A stretch of 64,000 nucleotides of DNA from NCBI RefSeq assembly GCF_009914755.1, contig NC_060939.1. One strand, 5' to 3'. The notes beneath the pieces are model-generated. The model did no database searches and was not told the DNA's origin. It worked only from the letters and a program-made list of their open reading frames with translations. Below, in pieces: positions 57,001-64,000 of the stretch. A program made the position numbers and the translations under genes. Position 1 is the first letter of the stretch, and the number at the start of each line of letters is the position of its first letter. The stretch is from the human T2T-CHM13v2.0 reference genome, Homo sapiens.

Positions 57001-60000
57001 TTCCATTCCATCCGATTCCATTACATTCTTTTCATTTCTTATCCATTTCAAGCCATTCCACTCCATTCCATTCCACTCGTTTCCTTTCCATTCGAGTCCA
57101 TTCCTCTCCAGTCCATTCCGTTCAATCCATTCCATTCCAGTCCATTCCATTCGAGTCCGTTCCATTCCAGTCCATTCCATTCGAGTCAATTCCATTCCAT
57201 TCGATGTCTTTCCATAACGATCCATTCCATTCTATTCCTTTCGATTCCATTCCATTCGATTCCCTTCCATTGGACTCCTTTCCATTCGAGTGCATTCCAT
57301 TCCGTTCCATTTCTTTCCGTTCTGTACGATTCCTACCGTTCGATTTCATTTTGTTCCAGTCCATTCCTTTCGCGTCCATTCCATTCCATTTCACTCCATT
57401 CGATTCCATTCCACTCGATTCCACTTCGTTCCATTTCATTGCATTCCATTCTATTCAACTCTATTGCCTTCCATTCCATTCCATTCGATTACATTCCATG
57501 CGATTCCATTCGAAATCGAATCAATTTCATTGCAATCCATTACTATTGAGTACGTTTTATTCCAGTCCACAGCATTCTGGTCCATTCCATTTGATTCCAT
57601 TCCATTTTATTCCATTCCATACAGTTGCATTCCATTGGATTCCATGCTATATCTATAAATTCAATTCGAGACCATTGCCTTTGAGTCCATTCTATATGAT
57701 TCCATTCCATTCAAGTCCATTACATTTGGTTCAATTCCATTCCATTCCATTCCCTTCCATTCCATTCCAGTTGATATCAATCCATTCGATTCCATTCCAT
57801 TCGAGCACATTCCATTCGAGTCCATTCCATTCGATGCCATTCCATTTGATTCTATTCCATTAGTCTCCATTCAATTCCATTAATCTCCATTCCATTCCAT
57901 TCTACTCCAACTGATTCCATTCCATTCTAATCCTTTCCATTCCATTTCATTCCATTCCATTCCATTTCATTCCATTCCATTCCATTCGTGTCCATTCCAC
58001 TCCAGTCCATTCCATTCGTGTCCATTCCATTCCAGTCCATTCCATTTGTGTCCACTGCATTCCATTCCACTCCATTCCATATTATTCCATTACACTCCAT
58101 TCCATTCTATTACTTTCATTTCCATTCAATTCCATTCCATTTGATTCCATTCCACTCGGTTTCATTCCATTTGAGTCCACTCAATTCCATTCCATTCCAT
58201 TCCATTCAGTTCCATTCCATTCTGTTCCATTCCATTCCGTTCCATTACATTCCATTCCATTCGGTACCATTCCATATTGTTCCATTCGATTCCATTCGAA
58301 TGCATTCCATTCCAGTCCATTCCATTCGATTCCATTCCATTCATTTCAATTCCATTCCATTCCATTCCATTCCATTCCATTACATTCCACTTGATTCCTC
58401 TCCATTCCCTTCCACTGCATTCCGTTCGATTCCATTGCATTGCATTGCATTCCATTCCATTGGATTGCATTCCATTCGATTCCATTCCATTCGAATCAAT
58501 TACATAGCAATCCATTACATTCCAGTCTATTCTATTCCGTTCCATTCGATTTCGTTCCAATCCATTCGATTCCATTCCATTCGATTCCATTCCTTACTAT
58601 TGCATTCCATTCGATTACATTATATTCGAATAAGTTCCATTCAAGACCATTTCTTTTGAGTCCATTCTATTTGAGTCCATTCCCTTTGATTCCATAACAT
58701 TTGAGTCCATTCAATTCCATTCCTTTCGTTTCCATTCCATTTGATGCCATTCCATTCAATTCTGTTCTACTCGACTCCAATACATTCAATTCCATTCCAT
58801 CCGATTCCATTACATTCTTTTCATTTCTTATCCATTTCAAGCCATTCCACTCTATTCCATTCCACTCGTTTCCTTTCCATTCGAGTCCATTCCTCTCCAG
58901 TCCATTCCGTTCAATCCATTCCATTCCAGTCCATTCCATTCGAGTCCGTTCCATTCCAGTCCAATCCATTCGAGTCAATTCCATCCCATTCGATGTCTTT
59001 CCATAACGATCCATTCCATTCTATTCCTTTCGATTCCATTCCATTCTATTTCATTCCATTCGATTCCCTTCCATTGGACTCCTTTCCATTCGAGTGCATT
59101 CCATTCCGTTCCATTTCTTTCCGTTCTGTACGATTCCTACCGTTCGATTTCATTTTGTTCCAGTCCATTCCTTTCGCGTCCATTCCATTCCATTTCACTC
59201 CATTCGATTCCATTCCACTCGATTCCACTTCGTTCCATTTCATTGCATTCCATTCTATTCAACTCTATTGCCTTCCATTCCATTCCATTCGATTACATTC
59301 CATGCGATTCCATTCGAAATCGAATCAATTACATTGCAATCCATTACTATTGAGTCCATTTTATTCCAGTCCACTGCATTCTGGTCCATTCCATATGATT
59401 CCATTCCATTCTATTCCATTCCATACAGTTGCATTCCATTGGATTCCATTCTATATCTATAAATTCAATTGGAGACCATTGCTTTTGAGTCCATTCTATA
59501 TGATTCCATTCCATTCAAGTCCATTACATTTGGTTCAATTCCATTCCATTCCATTCCCTTCCATTCCATTCCAGTTGATATCAATCCATTCGATTCCATT
59601 CCATTCGAGCACATTCCATTCGAGTCCATTCCATTCGATGCCATTCCATTTGATTCTATTCCATTAGTCTCCATTCAATTCCATTAATCTCCATTCCATT
59701 CCATTCTACTCCAACTGATTCCATTCCATTCTATTCCTTTCCATTCCATTTCATTCCATTCCATTCCATTTCATTCCATTCCATTCCATTCGCTTCCATT
59801 CCATTCGTGTCCATTCCACTCCAGTCCATTCCATTTGTGTCCACTGCATTCCATTCCACTCCATTCCATATTATTCCATTACACTCCATTCCATTCTATT
59901 ACTTTCATTTCCATTCAATTCCATTCCATTTGATTCCATTCCACTCGGTTTCATTCCATTTGAGTCCACTCCATTCCATTCCATTTGATTCCATTCCACT

Positions 60001-63000
60001 CGGTTTCATTCCATTTGAGTCCACTCCATTCCATTCCATTCCATTCCATTCAGTTCCATTCCATTCCGTTCCATTGCATTCCATTCCATTCGGTACCATT
60101 CCATATTGTTCCATTCGATTCCATTCGAATCCATTCCATTCCAGTTCATTCCATTCGATTCCATTCCATTCCTTTCAATTCCATTCCATTCCATTCCATT
60201 CCACTTGATTCCACTCCATTCCCTTCCACTGCATTCCATTCGATTCCATTCCATTGCATTGCATTCCATTCCATTGGACTGCATTCCATTCGATTCCATT
60301 CCATTCGAATCAATTACATAGCAATCCATTACATTCGAGTCTATTCTATTCCGTTCCATTCGATTTCGTTCCAATCCATTCGATTCCATTCCATTCGATT
60401 CCATTCCATACTATTGCATTCCATTCTATTACATTATATTCGAATAATTTCCATTCAAGACCATTTCTTTTGAGTCCATTCTATTTGAGTCCATTCCCTT
60501 TGATTCCATAACATTTGAGTCCATTCAATTCCATTCCTTTCGTTTGCATTCCATTTGATGCCATTCCATTCAATTCTGTTCTACTCGACTCCAATACATT
60601 CAATTCCATTCCATCCGATTCCATTACATTCTTTTCATTTCTTATCCATTTCAAGCCATTCCACTCCATTCCATTCCACTCGTTTCCTTTCCTTTCGAGT
60701 CCATTCCTCTCCAGTCCATTCCGTTCAATCCATTCCATTCCAGTCCATTCCATTCGAGTCCGTTCCATTCCAGTCCATTCCATTCGAGTCAATTCCATTC
60801 CATTCGATGTCTTTCCATAACGATCCATTCCATTCTATTCCTTTCGATTCCATTCCATTCTATTTCATTCCATTCGATTCCCTTCCATTGGACTCCTTTC
60901 CATTCGAGTGCATTCCATTCCGTTCCATTTCTTTCCGTTCTGTACGATTCCTACCGTTCGATTTCATTTTGTTCCAGTCCATTCCTTTCGCGTCCATTCC
61001 ATTCCATTTCACTCCATTCGATTCCATTCCACTCGATTCCACTTCGTTCCATTTCATTGCATTCCATTCTATTCAACTCTATTGCCTTCCATTCCATTCC
61101 ATTCGATTACATTCCATGCGATTCCATTCGAAATCGAATCAATTACATTGCAATCCATTACTATTGAGTCCGTTTTATTCCAGTCCACTGCATTCTGGTC
61201 CATTCCATTTGATTCCATTCCATTTTATTCCATTCCATACAGTTGCATTCCATTGGATTCCATGCTGTATCTATAAATTCAATTCGAGACCATTGCTTTT
61301 GAGTCCATTCTATATGTTTCCATTCCATTCAAGTCCATTACATTTGTTTCAATTCCATTCCATTCCATTCCCTTCCATTCCATTCCAGTTGATATCAATC
61401 CATTCGATTCCATTCCATTCCAGCACATTCCATTCGAGTCCATTCCATTCGATGCCATTCCATTTGATTCTATTCCATTAGTCTCCATTCAATTCCATTA
61501 ATCTCCATTCCATTCCATTCTACTCCAACTGATTCCATTCCATTCTATTCCTTTCCATTCCATTTCATTCCATTCCATTCCATTTCATTCCATTCCATTC
61601 CATTCGCTTCCATTCCATTCGTGTCCATTCCACTCCAGTCCATTCCATTTGTGTCCACTGCATTCCATTCCACTCCATTCCATATTATTCCATTACACTC
61701 CATTCCATTCTATTACTTTCATTTCCATTCAATTCCATTCCATTTGATTCCATTCCACTCGGTTTCATTCCATTTGAGTCCACTCCATTCCATTCCATTC
61801 CATTCCATTCAGTTCCATTCTATTCTGTTCCATTCCATTCCGTTCCATTGCATTCCATTCCATTCGGTACCATTCCATATTGTTCCATTCGATTCCATTC
61901 GAATCCATTCCATTCCAGTCCATTCCATTCGATTCCATTCCATTCCTTTCCATTCCATTCCATTCCATTCCTTTCCATTCCACTTGATTCCACTCCATTC
62001 CCTTCCACTGCATTCCATTCGATTCCATTCCATTGCATTGCATTCCATTCCATTGGACTGCATTCCATTCGATTCCATTCCATTCGAATCAATTACATAG
62101 CAATCCATTACATTCGAGTCTATTCTATTCCGTTCCATTCGATTTCATTCCAATCCATTCGATTCCATTCCATTCGATTCCATTCCATACTATTGCATTC
62201 CATTCGATTACATTATATTCGAATAAGTTCCATTCAAGACCATTTCTTTTGAGTCCATTCTATTTGAGTCCATTCCCTTTGATTCCATAACATTTGAGTC
62301 CATTCAATTCCATTCCTTTCGTTTCCATTCCATTTGATGCCATTCCATTCAATTCTGTTCTACTCGACTCCAATACATTCAATTCCATTCCATCCGATTC
62401 CATTACATTCTTTTCATTTCTTATCCATTTCAAGCCATTCCACTCCATTCCATTCCACTCGTTTCCTTTCCATTCGAGTCCATTCCTCTCCAGTCCATTC
62501 CGTTCAATCCATTCCATTCCAGTCCATTCCATTCGAGTCCGTTCCATTCCAGTCCATTCCATTCGAGTCAATTCCATCCCATTCGATGTCTTTCCATAAC
62601 GATCCATTCCATTCTATTCCTTTCGATTCCATTCCATTCTATTTCATTCCATTCGATTCCCTTCCATTGGACTCCTTTCCATTCGAGTGCATTCCATTCC
62701 TTTCCATTTCTTTCCGTTCTGTACGATTCCTACCGTTCGATTTCATTTTGTTCCAGTCCATTCCTTTCGCGTCCATTCCATTCCATTTCACTCCATTCGA
62801 TTCCATTCCACTCGATTCCACTTCGTTCCATTTCATTGCATTCCATTCTATTCAACTCTATTGCCTTCCATTCCATTCCATTCGATTACATTCCATGCGA
62901 TTCCATTCGAAATCGAATCAATTACATTGCAATCCATTACTATTGAGTCCATTTTATTCCAGTCCACTGCATTCTGGTCCATTCCATTTGATTCCATTCC

Positions 63001-64000
63001 ATTCTATTCCATTCCATACAGTTGCATTCCATTGGATTCCATTCTATATCTATAAATTCAATTCGAGACCATTGCTTTTGAGTCCATTCTATATGATTCC
63101 ATTCCATTCAAGTCCATTACATTTGGTTCAATTCCATTCCATTCCATTCCCTTCCATTCCATTCCAGTTGATATCAATCCATTCGATTCCATTCCATTCG
63201 AGCACATTCCATTCGAGTCCATTCCATTCGATGCCATTCCATTTGATTCTATTCCACTAGTCTCCATTCAATTCCATTAATCTCCATTCCATTCCATTCT
63301 ACTCCAACTGATTCCATTCCATTCTATTCCTTTCCATTCCATTTCATTCCATTCCATTCCATTTCATTCCATTCCATTCCATTCGCTTCCATTCCATTCG
63401 TGTGCATTCCACTCCAGTCCATTCCATTCGTGTCCATTCCATTCCAGTCCATTCCATTTGTGTCCACTGCATTCCATTCCACTCCATTCCATATTATTCC
63501 ATTACACTCCATTCCATTCTATTACTTTCATTTCCATTCAATTCCATTCCATTTGATTCCATTCCACTCGGTTTCATTCCATTTGAGTCCACTCCATTCC
63601 ATTCCATTCCATTCCATTCATTTCCATTCCATTCTGTTCCATTCCATTCCGTTCCATTGCATTCCATTCCATTCGGTACCATTCCATATTGTTCCATTCG
63701 ATTCCATTCGAATCCATTCCATTCCAGTCCATTCCATTCGATTCCATTCCATTCCTTTCAATTCCATTCCATTCCATTCCATTCCACTTGATTCCACTCC
63801 ATTCCCTTCCACTGCATTCCATTCGATTCCATTCCATTGCATTGCATTCCATTCCATTGGACTGCATTCCATTCGATTCCATTCCATTCGAATCAATTAC
63901 ATAGCAATCCATTACATTCGAGTCTATTCTATTCCGTTCCATTCGATTTCGTTCCAATCCATTCGATTCCATTCCATTCGATTCCATTCCATACTATTGC
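48039..64000 (+). repeat. Copy 2 of the visible part of the ~48.03 kb-offset direct duplication
   Basis: Shares TTCACACC, CTACATCTATA, a 1-bp deletion (~2143/~50181), GTTTAATTTCC, a 15-bp deletion (~9225/~57253) and a 55-bp duplication (~11900/~59930) with 1-15972. Confidence 0.93.
59919..60038 (+). repeat. 55-bp local tandem duplication (copy within the 48 kb duplication)
   Basis: CTCGG at 59944 and 59999, offset 48028 from the first instance. Confidence 0.9.

Larger units (their letters stand above)
1..64000 (+). repeat. Human satellite III (HSat3) array, diverged (CATTC)n, C-rich strand on +
   Basis: The entire window is CATTC pentamers with typical variants (CATTCGATTC, GAGTC, CAGTC, CACTC). 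No unique sequence and no GGAAT-oriented block on +. It lacks the regular CATTCGATGATG-type 23/26-bp motif of HSat2. Confidence 0.98.
1..64000 (+). repeat. ~1.8 kb higher-order repeat, about 35.5 tandem copies (modal 1804 bp, range 1759-1824, one 1370 bp variant)
   Basis: An anchor just after TATAAA (left coordinate of the recurring 69-aa minus ORF) occurs at 634, 2437, 4236, 6040, 7844, 9633, 11437, 13251, 15030, 16834, 18204, 19998, 21802, 23626, 25385, 27144, 28968, 30777, 32591, 34370, 36129, 37953, 39762, 41561, 43320, 45134, 46893, 48672, 50475, 52264, 54068, 55872, 57661, 59465, 61279 and 63058. Landmarks such as GGTACC, GATATC, CTGTACGATTCCTACCG and CTCCAACTG recur once per unit. Confidence 0.97.

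Noticed and set aside
1-64000. CRISPR-like array, HSat2, alpha satellite, telomeric repeat, or Alu/L1 insertion
   Set aside because: There are no unique spacers, no 171-bp monomer, no TTAGGG, no HSat2 ATGATG motif, and no poly-A tail or non-satellite interruption.
1-64000. Inversion or strand switch within the array
   Set aside because: No GGAAT-oriented tract was seen on the + strand in any line.

Overview
The whole 64 kb window is one uninterrupted, single-orientation array of human classical satellite III (HSat3): diverged (CATTC)n on the + strand, (GGAAT)n on the - strand. It is organised into about 35.5 copies of a ~1.8 kb higher-order unit, each with one KpnI site. This matches the D15Z1-type 1.8 kb KpnI Sat III of chromosome 15p (inferred, not mapped). 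I see no genes, RNA genes, transposon insertions or inversions, and all ORFs in the track are artefacts of translating the pentamer. I found no new protein-coding system. The real content is a nested repeat hierarchy: 5 bp pentamer, ~0.9 kb ancestral half-unit, 1.8 kb unit, 1-, 2- and 5-unit tandem duplications, a 4-unit block reused at 8-unit spacing, and a 27-unit (~48.03 kb) near-identical macro-duplication. There is also one 429-bp-deleted unit with an apparently templated junction and one probable short gene-conversion tract. Offsets come from the ORF-track coordinates and reading by eye, so breakpoints are approximate.
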